From Mobula hypostoma (taxonomy: Eukaryota): a DNA stretch of 64,000 bases. Positions 23,621-37,060 of the stretch are shown here, in pieces. The stretch is taken from contig NC_086118.1 in the NCBI RefSeq assembly GCF_963921235.1, forward strand, positions 29,018,001-29,082,000, in the 5' to 3' direction. Both the position numbers and the translations under genes were made by a program. The notes under the pieces are model-generated. The model was not told where the DNA came from, did no database searches, and worked only from the letters and a program-made list of their open reading frames with translations. Numbering within the stretch: position 1 is the stretch's first letter; each line of letters starts with the position of its first letter.

Positions 23621-25119
23621 CAGTTTAAGTGAAACAACCACAGATGCTGTAGACTTCATGCTAATGCATACAGTTAATCAATAACACTGTTAGTGCCAGT
23701 CAGGTGCAGAAATCATTTAAAAGATCAGGCACACAAAGTCTGTATACTACCTTAATTATAATCAATGAGTTTAAGTTAATGGCACACCACAAAACCATGC
23801 CCATTTGCAGTTTCTATCCAAGTTAGCATAGCGGTGCTGGAATAAAAGTAAGGAAAAGAGAATTTCCTTCTTCAGTTAACATAACATAGATCTTCCTTCA
23901 AATGGTTATTTCTCAGGCAGAATCTTTAGAACTTAGCTTTTCACTACAGATTACACTATCATATCTAGTTTTATTTCTTGTAAGTGCAATCAAAATATTG
24001 ACTTCATAGATCATGCATATTTTGTGGTGTATCATCTGCATTTTATGTAATTTTTAATTGTATCTTAGTGAGAAAAGACGAATGACCTTTGAGTGCTATT
24101 TTCATTGCAGCTGCAAGTTTACATCGCAATTCTTGAGATATACAGTATAATATATTTATGAACTAGTGATTTTAATTTGTATAAGTGCAATGTTGTCAAA
24201 AGATTTTTTTAACCACTCATTTTTGGCCTATATTTACATATATTTTACAGCTAATCTGAAATTTAGTTCTCTGATTATAAGAATCGGTTAGCAAATACTG
24301 CATCTTTTCTTGATCTATGACATACATTGACAGATGTTACAGTCTTTCTGATCTAATTTTATCTGCACAAGAGCAGTGTGTAAAAGGAATTGTTGTTTAG
24401 GACGATTGCAAAAGATAAGGTACAGATAAAAGAATATCATTTCAAAACCACAAGCCTCTAAGCATCTTAGGTCTTGTGCAGTAATAGTCTGTGAGTGATA
24501 ATTTGGATAAAATATACCCTCAAAACACAAATGTATTTTGAGCAGTTGTTGTCATAAAATAATTATTTCAGACTGTTGGTGAAAGACATTTGTTTCATAA
24601 TTTAAATTCCCAACTGATTAAATTAGGTTTGTTGATATTCCACTATCCATTTCAACATATAAATGCTTATTAAAACAATAATGTGTAGTATCTCCCTCAG
24701 GATAAATGAGAACGAATCACAAATTGCTAATCTATAAAGTGTAATGTTCAAGTTTTCAGTAACTTTCTCCTGAAATAAAATTCAGTATAAAAGATAAAAT
24801 CAGATTGCAAAATTAGTTAGGCCATAAATATTTAAAAAAGAAAGCTGCCATTTCCAGTGTTGTACCCTTCATGCTCTAGGTGTTTATTAATTCTATTTTG
24901 TAGTTTAGAGTGATAGGTATTACATTTTGAAGTGAGCTAACCAAAAAAGCTCATATGTCATTAATTGAATTCAATTCTGAGTCAGTTTACCTAAGCTATT
25001 TGCTCAAATTAAGCTGTGTAAAATTAGCTCTAGTTTGGCTAGTAAAACACATGGAAAATACACAATTTGACAGTCACATGGTGATACTTTGGTAAACCAA
25101 ATTACAAGCTTTGTTGATA

Positions 25120-25580
25120 AGAACCTAAGAACTAAGAACAGGAGTTAGCAGCTGGGCCTTTGAACCTCCTCTGCTATTTATCAAGATCATAGCTAATCTT
25201 CTGCCTCTATTCCATAAATTCATATCTCTTTATTTCCTTCAATGTCTCTCAATGTCCAGAAATGTATTGATCTCTGTTGTAAATAAACTCAAAGCCTTTC
25301 TAGATTGAGAATTCCAGAAATTTACCACCCATTGAATGAATCAATATCTCCTCAACTCAATCCTAAATTTCTCCCTTTTATTCTGAGATTGCTATCTCTA
25401 GTTCCAGGTCTCAGATAAGGAAATTATATTCCCTGTCGGTACCCTGCAATGTTTGTAAGAATGTTGTAAGTTTCATTGAAATCTCTCAGTTTTCCAAACT
25501 TGAGGAAATACAGACCTAGTCTACTCAATCTCTTGCCACATGGCAAACCTATCATGCCAAGAAACAGCTGGTCATCAATG
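25120..25580 (-). mobile_element. Old CR1 3' fragment
   Basis: aagaacctaagaactaagaacaggag tail and tccagaaatttaccaccc (antisense of RVVNFW). Confidence 0.6.
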
Positions 25581-25624
25581 CAACAGATTATGATTTGTTA
25601 CCACTGACAGTATGTCAAGAAGTT

Positions 25625-26181
25625 ACACACACAAAATGGTAGAGGAACTCAGCAGGCAAGCAGCATCTATGGAAGAGAGGAAACAGGACCCTGATGAAGG
25701 ATTTTGGCTTGAAATGTCAAGTGTTTCCTCTCTTCCATAGATGCTGCCTGGCCTGCTGAGTTCCTCCAGCAATTTGTGTTTTTTGTCCCTCTTCCCTCCG
25801 GAAGAAGGTTCAGGAGCTTGAAGACTCATATGGCCAGATTTGAGAACAGCTTCTTTCCAACTGTGATAAGACTGCTGAATGGATCCTGACCCGGATCTGG
25901 GCCGTACCCTCCAAATATCCGGACCTGCCTCTCAGTCTTTTTGCACTACCTTACTTCCCATTTTCTTATTTTCTATTTATGATTTGTAATTTAATTTTTT
26001 AATATTTACTAATTTTAACTATTTTTGATACTTAATAATTGTAATCCAGGGAGTGTGAAGCGCAGAATCAAATATCGCTGTGATGTTTGTACATTCTAGT
26101 ACCAATTGTTTGGCGACAATAAAGTATAAAGTATAAGTATAATTTACTTTGGTTTCCAGCATCTTCAGTTTTTTTCTTGTT
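25625..26181. mobile_element. Penelope-terminus-derived fold-back element C (interrupted by a Rex1 3' end)
   Basis: Inverted arms 25625-25780; resumes near 26145 (ggtttccagcatct); perfect 14-bp TSD TATGTCAAGAAGTT at 25611-25624 and 26182-26195. Confidence 0.85.
25785..26140 (+). mobile_element. Rex1/Babar-like LINE 3' end
   Basis: LPSGRRFRSLKTHMARFENSFFPTVIRLLNGS* then UTR, aataaa and (agtataa)n tail. Confidence 0.82.
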
Positions 26182-26504
26182 TATGTCAAGAAGTTTGTTG
26201 TTTTGAGGCACAAAAATCTATAAACTACAAAAATAAAAGAAGAGAGCATGTCTCAGATGGTGAGAAATGATGCATGCTGCCTTCTCAAGGCACCACCACT
26301 TGAAGGTATCCTTGATGGTGGGGAGGGGTTGTGACCATGCTGGAGATGGCTGAGTCTACAACCCTCTACAATCTCTTGGAACCCAGTGCATTGGATGTTC
26401 CCTACCAAGTCTCTACTGTCAGAATACTTTACACTGTACCCTCTTTCTATAAAAAAGAATGAAAGAATAAATGTACACAATACCCAAGGTGCAATACTCT
26501 AGAT

Positions 26505-26584
26505 CAGCGGTTTTCAACCTGGGATCCATAAAACCCTTGATTAATGGTATTATTCCGTGGCATAAAAAAGGTTGGAAACCCTTG
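26505..26584. mobile_element. hAT (Charlie-like) MITE, 80 bp
   Basis: TIRs cagcggttttcaacct / aggttggaaacccttg; 8-bp TSD CTCTAGAT at 26497-26504 and 26585-26592; homologous to 4504-4584. Confidence 0.85.
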
Positions 26585-27044
26585 CTCTAGATGCTTATGA
26601 AGACAATATGGAATTGCGATAAATAGGCTTCACTTCTGTACTCAAATCCTCTTTTAATAAACACAACCATTCTCTTTCTAATTGCTGATTTCATCTATAC
26701 ATTAAACTGTACAATATTCAGTGACTTGAGTGAAAAAGGACTAAATCCTTTTGAACATTAACATTTCTCAGTCTGTCACCATTTTAAAAATAATTTGCCA
26801 CATTATTTTGTGCATTGAGGTGGATAACCTCACACTTATCCACATTATGTTCCATCTGTCGCATTCTTCAGCACTCATTTACCTTCTCTATTTGTGCTTG
26901 AAGATACTTTAGGTCCTCCCTGCTCAAGCATTCCCCTCCCCTACCGCCCACAGTCACAGTATTAAAATCTAAGAATCTAAGAAATAAATATTTATTCCCA
27001 GTTTCTGAGAGTTGACCAATTTTCTGCCCATGTCAATATTTTTT

Positions 27045-27420
27045 AAAAAGACATAGGCAAAAGATGGGTAACACTCGGCCAGCTAGCTCTACATCTGTAG
27101 TCAGGAAAATGTTTGAAGCCATCTCTTAGGGAGACATCTGGATAGGAGTGGTTTCATCAGGCAGTCTCAGCATGGATTCATGAAGGACAGGCCCTATTTG
27201 ACAAATTTGCTGTACTTTGACGATATTGTGAACACACCAGTTAGAGCAGAACAGATGAATGTCGTATATCTGAATTTCCAGAAGGTACTAAAAAGGGTCC
27301 TGCATAAAAGACTTACCCATAAGATAAGGATGTATAGAGTTGGGGGTAATGTATTAACATGGATAAAGGATTGTTTAACCAATAGAAGACTGAGTTAGGG
27401 TTAATGTTTGTTTTTAGCTA
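27045..27420 (+). mobile_element. Old CR1 RT fragment
   Basis: QHGFMKDRPYLTNLL...VVYLNFQKV...LTWIKDCLTNRR. Confidence 0.75.
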
Positions 27421-27947
27421 ATGCTAATTTCTTTCAGATCCTCCTTCATCCAAGATCCACTGTTCTCTGATGTTTCTGGGAGGTTTTGCTGTGTATTCCA
27501 TGAAGATAAACACAAAGTGTTTAATTTCTCCGCCTTGTTATTATTCTCTGACATAAATTCTTTCACTCTGCCTGTACATACTGCTCATGACAAATCATCA
27601 TTTGTTGTTTGAGCTTCCTCCTGTGAGTGTCCACCTCTTTCTAAGAAACAGTGTGGTGGGAATTCATCTTCTGTTACATAAACTAAAGCTGTGATATTGC
27701 AACACTTGTGAATGGAACTCTACTAGTTCCATTGACTCCTATGGACGGAAGTTTGGAAACAGGGTTCAGTGCACACACATCATCACATATTTTGTGTATA
27801 GAGCAAGATTAATTTGTCCGTGGCAATTTGGGCAACAAGTGCAAATATAGATACAAACAGTAAACTAAATTAATCTAGCAGTCCTTTTACATAAACCTAT
27901 TTGTATATTTTCAAAAATATGTTTTCTCCTAGCAGTTTTGATTTAGG

Positions 27948-29116
27948 GGGCACCCACATGGGCCCACTATGCCTGCCTTTTCATTGGGTACATGCAACAG
28001 GTCCATATACCAAGCTTTCCCTTGTAAATCTCCTCAGTTCTTCCTGTGCTACATTGATGACTGCATTGGTACTGCTTCATGCACCCTGGCTAAGCTGGTC
28101 AGTTTCATCAACTTTGCCTCCAACTTCCACCCGACCCTTAAATTCACTTGGTCCATTTCTGACACGTCTCTCCCCTTTCTCGATTTCTCTGTCTCCATCT
28201 CTGGAGACAAACTGTTTACCAACACCCTCCCTCCCCCATACACTCTCCCCTATCCACAGGGCTTGCTCCCCCCTTGTTTCCCTTATCCATTCATCAGTCC
28301 TGGCACATATCCCTCTAAGCAACAGAAATGCTATGACTGCCATTCACCAGCTCCTTTATCTTTTTTCAAGGCCCCAAACAGCCCTCCAAGCTGAGGCAAA
28401 ACTTCACCTGCAAATCTGTTAGCATCGTCAATTGTATCCACTGCATTCAATGCGGACTCCTCTATACTGGTGAGACCTGATGTAAATTGAGATCAAGTTT
28501 TGTTAGACCCCTCCACTCCACCTGCCAGAAGCAGAAATTCCTGGTAACCAACCATTTTAATTCATATTCCTATTTCTGTTCCGACATGTTAGTCCATGGC
28601 CTCCTGTTCTGCTATGATGAAGCCACTCTCGGGATGGAGGAGTAACATCTCATATTCTGTCTAGATAGCCTCCAACCTGGTGGCATGAACATTGATTCCT
28701 TCCCATAATTTTTTTCTTCTTCACTGTTTTCCTTTCACCCTCATCCTTACGTAATCTTCTATTACCCACTCTGACCTCTGACCTCTTCTCACCTGCCTAT
28801 CACACCCCCCATGCCCCTCCTTCTTCCCTTTCTCTCATGGTCCGCTCTCCTTTCCTATCAGATTCCTTCTTCTCTAGACCTTTAACTTTCCGACCCACCT
28901 GGCTACACCTATCACCTTCTGGCTTGAGCTCCTTTGCCTCTAACCACCATTTTATTCTGACATCTTTCCCCTTCCTTTCCAGTCCTGTTGAAGGCTCTTA
29001 GCCTGAAACATCGACAATGAAAATTCATTTTCATAGATGCTGCCTGACCTGCTAAGTTCCTCCAGCATTTTATGTGTGTTGCTCAGGATCTGCAACATCT
29101 ACAGAATATCTTGTGC
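27948..29116 (+). mobile_element. Penelope-like element (RT + GIY-YIG remnants + terminal repeat)
   Basis: GTHMGP, FLCYIDDCIG, FHPTLKFTWSISDTSLPFLD; CIHCIQCGLLYTGET; terminal repeat with mutated hammerhead core at 28980-29015. Confidence 0.9.
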
Positions 29117-29284
29117 TTTTAGTTCAATTATTTGATTTATCTGCAGTGTAAAGTTTTAATACTTATTAATATTTTAAATTAAAATACAGCATCAGTTTCT
29201 CCTCCTATCATTGTCTTTGGATGTGCACTAATTTCAGTGCGGTTTATCCTTGAAATCAGTTCTGGTGATCAAATTTAATCCAAC

Positions 29285-29390
29285 AAATTAACATTGTTTT
29301 TCTTTCCATAGATGCTGCCTGACATGTTGAGCATTTCTAGCATTCTCCATTTTTGTTTCAGATTTCCAGCATCCACAGTATTTTGCCTTG
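29285..29390 (+). mobile_element. Penelope terminal-repeat fragment
   Basis: ttccatagatgctgcctgacatgttgagcatttctagcatt...gatttccagcatc. Confidence 0.6.
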
Positions 29391-30107
29391 TTTAAGTTTA
29401 GCAGTCTGCTTTTTGAATCCCACTTGGAACATTCTAGTTTTTTAGTTAAAATCATATTCCATGCTTTTGTGTTGCAGCAGAAATTAAATGCATATCAAAG
29501 TGATGCATGGCAAAAAGCTGTCTTTGAAGAGAGAAAAATAAGGTATGGCTCTCAGATTGTAACTATTGTTTCATTTTTTCAAACCATTTGATAAGTTCAA
29601 TATTCCTTATTTTTTAAATTTCAACTATTTTAGTGCAAAATACCAAGTTACTTAGTTTAAATTTTATCTTCCATTCATTGTAGGTGTGAAGGAGGTAGTG
29701 AGAAATAGATCGTGCTTGATGAATAAACCTGTTCTAACTCTTTTGTCAAAATACTGAGAATATTTTAACATTGGGTAGTTGTTCATGGAGAAGAAAAGGC
29801 CAAAGAAATAGGGGCAGTGTGTGTTGAAATTATGAGTTTTTATTTGACCAGTCTTAAAAATTACCTTATTCAAGGAATTAACGCAATACTGTGGTTCGAT
29901 TCCAAACCAAACCTTGAGATACATATGTTCTTCCTGAGGTGATACCAAGACTGTGTTTCATTTTGTTATCTAAGGATTGGTTTGTTTCTGCTCATCTCAA
30001 AAAAAAAATTGAGACAAGAGAAACAGCTATGTCAATAATATGTTACTGATTTAACAAAGAGCATTTTGTTTGCTAGAATTTTAATTTCTCATACTTACTT
30101 TAATGTC

Positions 30108-30560
30108 AGAATTAGAATCAGAACCAGAATCAGGTTAAATATCATTGACGTACGTCATGAAATCTGTTGCTTTGTGGCAGCTGTACATTGCAATGCACGA
30201 TAATATTTAAAACTTTAAATAACAATTCTAAGTGTATATATGGATATATATATATATAGATAGATAACTATATATATTAAATTAAATATTTATTGCAAAA
30301 GGAGAGGGAAATATACTGAGGATTCTTCTTGGATTCATTGCCCATTCAGAAATCTGATGTTGGAGGGGAAGAAGCTATTCCTAAAACACTAAGTCTGCGT
30401 CTTCAGGCTCCGGTACCTCCTTCTTGATGAGAAGAGGATATGTCCTGGATAATGAGGCTCCTTAATATTGGATGCCACCTTTCTGAGGCATCGCCTTTTG
30501 AAGGTGTCCTCAATACTGAGGAGGCTAGTGCACATGATGGAGCTAGCTGAGTTTAATACT
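30108..30560 (-). mobile_element. Rex1/Babar-like LINE 3' fragment
   Basis: SIEDTFKRRCLRKVASNIKEPHYPGHILF...RRYRSLKT (ORF 30389-30601); (agaatc)n tail; internal (TA)n. Confidence 0.8.
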
Positions 30561-33500
30561 GGCATAATACTGGGCAATAAATTACTCCCCTGTACAAACA
30601 TTACGTAACATCTTTTTGCTTAAATGTTCCTTTCTAAGCTTTGAATGAAGTAATTTTCAATGTTGTGTTAAGTTTCTAACTTCTTCTGGAGCTCAAGATC
30701 TGGATATAGGAGATATTAATCGAAGGAAAATTGTTTGATGTGAATTTTTGGTTAAGCTTGTAGAAAAAGAGTACATTGATATGTTCATGGCAACTATCCT
30801 CCTGACTAGAACTGAATAATGTATTTACTTGTGCAATATTTGAAGTGTATTTTGTCTGAAACCTTATGTGTTCAGAACATTGTGAAGCTGCCATTTGAAC
30901 CCATCGAGGAATCATGATTTAATATTCGTAATAAATAAGGCATTTATGTCTGCATATGTTTTACACTTTATTACAATTATATTAGAATTTATTTTAGTGT
31001 CACAATAAATGAGTTAAAAATCCAGAGCAGGAAATATTTTCTTAGTGCCTAGGAGACTAAAGATGAATGACCAAAACTACCCAAAAGGAAATGATAAAAT
31101 TTTACCAAATAATAGATAGCAAGTAAAACATTTACAAGGTGACAATTCAATCAGAGTGTCTATGTTTTGTTCCCAAAAAATTATATGCAAAATATTTTAT
31201 AGGTTTGAGCAGAACCACAAGATTGAAGAATAAGCCCTGTTTCTTTGCTTGTGTGTAATATGTAATGCATTTATCCTGTGGAAATCTGAATTGACCACAC
31301 ATACAGTTGCAAGTATGCTGCACTGCAACCCTTTGTTGTAAGGTGACCATGCTGCAATAACATTAACAGAATGTTATAGGATCTTGAAAATAATGGCCAG
31401 GAAATAAAGTAACTTCCCATCCAGAGCAGCTTGTATAATTGCCAGAAGTCAGTTTGTAGCCACACCAGTTTCCACGTTTTTAGATCATTCTGAAATCAGT
31501 TATCATATTTTTGCATGTGTTACACCTTCCAAACTGGCATCTTGAAAGTACGTTTAACTATGAGACTGGTGAGGTTAAAATAATTTTATAGCAGATTGTG
31601 GCAAGCTTGAAAGACCAGATGTATTTTTACTGCTGTAGTTTTGTTCATAAGCTGTGGCAACAACAGCATGACTTTGATTTATATAGAATCCTGAATATAG
31701 TAAAATGTCGTATAGCAGTTAACTGGAGTGAAGAACGCAGGGGCTAAGATCACATTCAGTAGACATACTTGCGTAGCTTGCTGCCTGCACATGTCACAAT
31801 AGGACGTTGGAAAGACAATGAGTGGGAAATAGTGAGAGAGGAGGGTGGAGGGAATAACGAATACTAGAACTGAGAGTAGCAGAGATGATCTGCAGAATGA
31901 TTTCCTTTGAGGTCTAAAAATGTGAGTTTGTATAGATTACATAAATTAGGAAGAGTCAAATGAAGCCAAGTTAAGAGGATTTCATGGCATGGTGTTACAT
32001 TAATTTGATGTGGATCTATACCTATATGAAGAAGAATATATTCAGTGATTGATTTATGTCAGATTAAGCTGCAGGAAGGTAGCAGTGACAAGCCTATTCA
32101 ATGCACTAAAAATGAAATTCGATCTCAAGTGGGAGCATTAAGGTATCAGTGAGCTTCAGTGCATTAAATAACTTTTGCATCGGACTGGATTTGGGGTATC
32201 ACTTCCCATCAAAAAGGCTTTGTAGCGGTCTTTAAATATATCAAATACTCAGAGACATTTAAAAGTTATTAAAATCACTTTAAGTAACCTGAAATGAGTT
32301 AAGAACTAAAAATAAATATTAAGAAGACAATGCAGTACTAAAAAAAAACTTACATTAAGATCCAATGTACAAAATTAAATAACATTGTGTTCTGTGCCTA
32401 ATCTTCAGGCTGCGTATTCTTGTTCCAATGAATAATTCTCATCCCAAGGCAGGCCCGGCTGACGAGGATGGAAAAGGGACAATCAGGCCCTGTCATTGGT
32501 CCAGCAACAGAACACAATGACAGATGCACTGGCATCTGTTGTTCAACATTAACAGATATACAAAGCTTTCACCTTTTTTTTGGATTTACTAACTTGAGAG
32601 CTACCAAATGTTTGTGATTCCCCTCAGAACCTTTAGCTACTGCCAGAACAACTCACCAAAGACTGACAAAAAGCCTCTGACACAATGAACAGAAAAAGTG
32701 AGAAAGATTTCGATCAGAAGCTGAACAGACATTTCACATTGCTAGGGAAACATTACTTCACAAGATCACAATAGATTGGCCAAGCATGTAATAATTACTG
32801 AGCTCCAGACCGTTATTCAAACCCAGAGACACTTAAGAATGAAATTGCCTTGAAACAAAACAAAAATCTTCTGGCACTCATCCTATCCTTCTGTTATCTT
32901 GAAGCTTGCTAAGTGTAGAGATACACATTTGTTACGGTTAGATATTACTATATAAAATTGCAAGGCGTGCAACTGCATATTACACTTTGCTTAGCAGAGT
33001 AGGATTGCAAAAATAAATATCAGGTCAATTTGAAAGACTTTTTGTACATTACTATCAGGTCAGCTCATCTGTTGGTAATACTCATAAACAGACCTTAACA
33101 TTTCTTTCCAAGTTTGTAAATTATTTGAAGTTTTCTTTCAGCTCGGTTATTAACGTTGTCTGAAGAATTTTAAATATGGTCTTTCCTTGAAACTTGCTCT
33201 TTTCTCCCATCACTCCTTCACTTGCTTACCCTATTTCTCTTTTGCTAACAGTTATAGCATTAATATCTTGCCATCAGCATGACAATTAATACTGCATATG
33301 TTATTAATAATTGCTGCCACCTGCTTCCTGAGTCTGCTTGCATTCTGCATTTATTAAAATTCTTGAATATGTTTTCTCATAAACCAATACATCCAATTTT
33401 GGACTACATACAAAACCCACCTGTGAGTTTTGGACACTTTCCAACTTCAAGGTGCTTATGTTCCATCCACTGTCCTATGGTGCACCTTACACAATACTGA

Positions 33501-34271
33501 CCCAGTGTATATGCTCTCCAGTACTGTTCACTTCAGTACTTCCATACACTGACCAAACCCACATCTACCTGCTTTTACCAAAACCTTCTCACCCACGTCT
33601 CCTTGTAATTCCAATCGTCTTCCTCAAAACCTCACCTTTCATTAGCCGCAATCTTTCACATTCTTAGCCATTTGCTAACAGGTGTTTCTCTCCAAATCTT
33701 TAAATGTACTTCTTTTGTGCTGGGACTTCTTGCCCATTGCAAAATACCACTGAGTGTAGGGGTTAACCTCAGTCTTGCAGTCAGTGCAAGATTACAGAGG
33801 GAGTTTCAAGGTTATGACTCAAGAACAATGAAACATTAGCAATGTCTGTCCAAATGCAGATGGTGTGGAGACTAGAAATGGAGGTGTTCCCATGCACCTC
33901 GCACCTTCATCCTTCCATATAGTAGAGGCTGCAAACTGAGAAGGTGCTGTTGAAGAAGCGTAAACCTTTCAATGTCAGCCAGTGTAGCTACAGCATCCTG
34001 TCATTGAGGGAGGTGATGCTTAAGGAAGTTAATATGGTGTAAATCATGTAGAATGGTGAAATCTGGATGATACTGAGCTCAGTGAATGTATCTTCAGGCA
34101 ATGGCTCACCAAAAGTTATCTAACCTTCCACCTAGTCTCGTAGCCAGAGTACAGGTCATTCAGGGTTAAGAACATCTGGACTACTTCTACTTATGAACAA
34201 GCTCCCATAATAATTATTAAAATTCATGAGACTGATATATGTACAAACCTTCACTCCTACAAGCAGCAGAA

Positions 34272-34343
34272 TTCTCTCTCTCCCTCTCTCTCCCCCTCCC
34301 TCCCTCTCCCTCTCTCCCTCTCTCTCTCTCTTCCTCTCTCCCC
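34272..34343. repeat. (CT)n / pyrimidine microsatellite
   Basis: Direct inspection. Confidence 0.9.
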
Positions 34344-35115
34344 TTTTAATATTGTTCCTTTTTTATCAGTCCCATGTGCTGTTGATCCCATTCAATACAA
34401 TACTGTAGAGGTATGGTTTCCATATTGAGTGATTTTAGTGTATTTTCTGAGTCAGACATATAATTGATTTATAGATGTCTGTAAAAACAGAACCCATTCC
34501 TTGCTTGGGAATAGCCTGCATTATTATTAAGTTGAATGCAAAGGAGAGCTGTTGGAGCCTCGCTTGATGCGGATGATCAGTTTTTGGCTCATATCTGGTG
34601 TAAGTTCACCTAACAAGTCCTGCCCTGGTTTTCTGTTTTAGGTATGTGTTGCTCAGGAGCCTAAGGAAATCCAAATAAAATTGAACATTATTCAGACTTC
34701 AAGAAACATTCTACTTATAAACTTGCTAGAGACAAGATCATTGATTTAGTAAGATGGTCGAGCATAGGACCCCATCTGGATAATTCCTGCAACCATGTTC
34801 TGAATTCAGGTGATTGGCTTCTGTCGGTCATAGTAATCTTCAATGGTTGTGACATCTCCCAGTGGAAGGTCTCATTGACTTAGATTGTCCTCAGTTTTAC
34901 TGGAACTCCTTGATTATGCTCCTCATTGAACTCGACTTGGTCACATAGCCTCATGGAAATGACAGGGTGAGGATTATTACGGACTATGAGGTAAGCTCCT
35001 GCTGGTAATGGCTCACATTTCATGGATGCCCAATTTAGAACTGCTAACTTGGCTCACTATCTCTTTTATTGAGCATAGTATCAGTAGATGATACAATCAG
35101 TGTAAAAGTGGAGCT

Positions 35116-35299
35116 CAGCAGGTCTGGTAGCATCCGTGGAAACGAACAGCCAATGTTTCGGGCTGAGACCCTTCATCCTGATGAAGGGTCTCGGCCTGAA
35201 ACGTTGACTGTTTGTTTTCACGGATACTGCCCGACCTGCTGAGTTCCTCCAGTGTGTTGTGCGTGTTGGTTTGACCCCAGGATCTGCAGAGTATTTTGC
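35116..35299. mobile_element. Penelope-terminus-derived fold-back element D
   Basis: Arms fold around cttcatc-ct-gatgaag (35171-35186); perfect 14-bp TSD GTAAAAGTGGAGCT at 35102-35115 and 35300-35313; hammerhead core from 35178 with stem I truncated. Confidence 0.86.
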
Positions 35300-36367
35300 G
35301 TAAAAGTGGAGCTTGGTGGATTGGTGAGGAAGAGATTAAGAAATTTTCTCCTTCTCAGAACCTGTCAGTTGTCTAGTCTGGCTGTTCCATCCTTAATGAA
35401 TCAACCACCTCAGTTAGTATTGGTGCAACTGACACACTCTTGGTAATGGATATTGAAACTAACTACCCAACATTTAAGCTAACTCCCTGCAACTTCCCAG
35501 TTAGAGTCACAAAGTCATACAGTACATAATCAAGCCCTTTGGCCAGCCATATCAATACTAACCTATCTAATAAAGGTTCTAATATCAGCACTTGATTCCT
35601 GTCCAATGGAACTTCAAGTTCTTGTCCAGAAACTACAGTACTTAGATGTTTCAATATTATCTTTCTTCAGCTCCTTAGTCAGTACATTTCAGATTCAACC
35701 ATAGTGTACATGAAGTTTTCTTCATATCCCCTCAAAACCTCTTACCCTTTGCCCTAAACCTGCATTCCCTGCACTCCCTTGTGTTAGGTACCTCTCTGAG
35801 AACATTTTCTAGTAACCACCCTATCTATGCCTTCATATCTTTCTATACTTCTGTCAGGTATGCCAAAATCCCCACCCCACTCCTGTTCTTCTGCCCCAGG
35901 GGACAAAACAGCTTGCCCAGTTTTTCCTCAAAGCTAGGACGCCCCATCCCAGGAAACATCTTGGTCAACTTCCTGTTCATGCTTCCCAGTGGAATTGCAT
36001 TCATCCTATAGTGAGTCAACAAATACTGTGCACAGTATTCCAGCTGTGGTCTATCCAATCTTTTATGATGTTTTACCATAACTTCTCTGCTCTTATATTC
36101 TACACCTCAGCTAATGAACGCAAGTATCCCGTATATCTTCTTCACCACATTATCCACCTTTGTTGCAACCTTCAAGGATACTTGACCAGGTCCTTCTGTT
36201 CCTTAATAATCCCTATGGCTTAACTATTCAAGGTGTATACCCTACCCTTATTAGTCTTCCCAAAGTGCATCACCTTGCACTCAACATCTGCCACTGCACT
36301 GTGCATCTTGCACAGATCACTATTGTCCAGTATCCTGAGACTACCCCTCTCACTATAACACTATTTT

Positions 36368-36516
36368 CAAAGTATTCAAAGTACATTTATTATCAAAGAA
36401 TACATAAAATATACAACCTTGAGATTTGTTTTTCTTACCGACAGTCGCAAAGCAAGGAACCCGATCAAACCCAATTTAAAAAAAATAAAGGTCAACCCCC
36501 CAATATGCACAAAGAA

Positions 36517-36581
<65 letters not shown>

Positions 36582-37060
36582 CAAATCATGCAAATAATAG
36601 AAGCGAGCAGCAACAACAGCATTCTGAACCAAATTGAGTCCTTAGATCTAAATCCCCGGAGCAGCCTAGAGTAGGCCCAAAGCCTCGGTATTCAGTTCAT
36701 CATACTAGTGGGGCCAATTGCCACAAAGTTCACAGACACAAAGCAGAGAAGCCGGGGCTTTCTCACAGTCTTAGTGCTATGGAGAGAGGAGGCCCCCAGT
36801 CTGTCTGAGCCAGTGTTTAAATTGTCTAAACCTCCCACTAGGACCTGGGCCCCACTGCAGTAAATCACTATGGGCCTAGACTTCACTGCTGAAAAAGCCA
36901 TCCTTGGCCTTTCCAAATCGGCTCGGTGCCCAGTGTAATCCAACCTCGCCCAACTCTCAATACCCTGCCCTTCCAGTCTATATGGGCCAAACTTTAGATT
37001 GGTCCAAACAGCAGATTGTACCTCACATTAGGACTTGCACCCTGCCACAGTGAATCTAGG
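36368..37060 (-). mobile_element. Non-autonomous retroposon (SINE-like) with a Rex1-type 3' tail
   Basis: 9-bp TSD CACTATTTT at 36359-36367 and 37061-37069; minus-strand 3' end ctttgataataaatgtactttgaatactttgaa resembles the Rex1 tail at 45660-45690; no recognisable coding content. Confidence 0.7.
36511..36580. repeat. (GA)n microsatellite
   Basis: Direct inspection. Confidence 0.95.

Noticed and set aside
28980..29015. Hammerhead motifs at Penelope ends (also 59031-59068 and 17169-17200 on +)
   Set aside because: Core nucleotides mutated (CTGTTGA, CTGCTGA, CTCATGA/CAAAA), so not called as ribozymes; they only show where the motif came from.
36419..36637. ERERER ORF resembling the RBM25 ER-rich domain
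   Set aside because: It is just the translation of a (GA)n microsatellite inside a retroposon.
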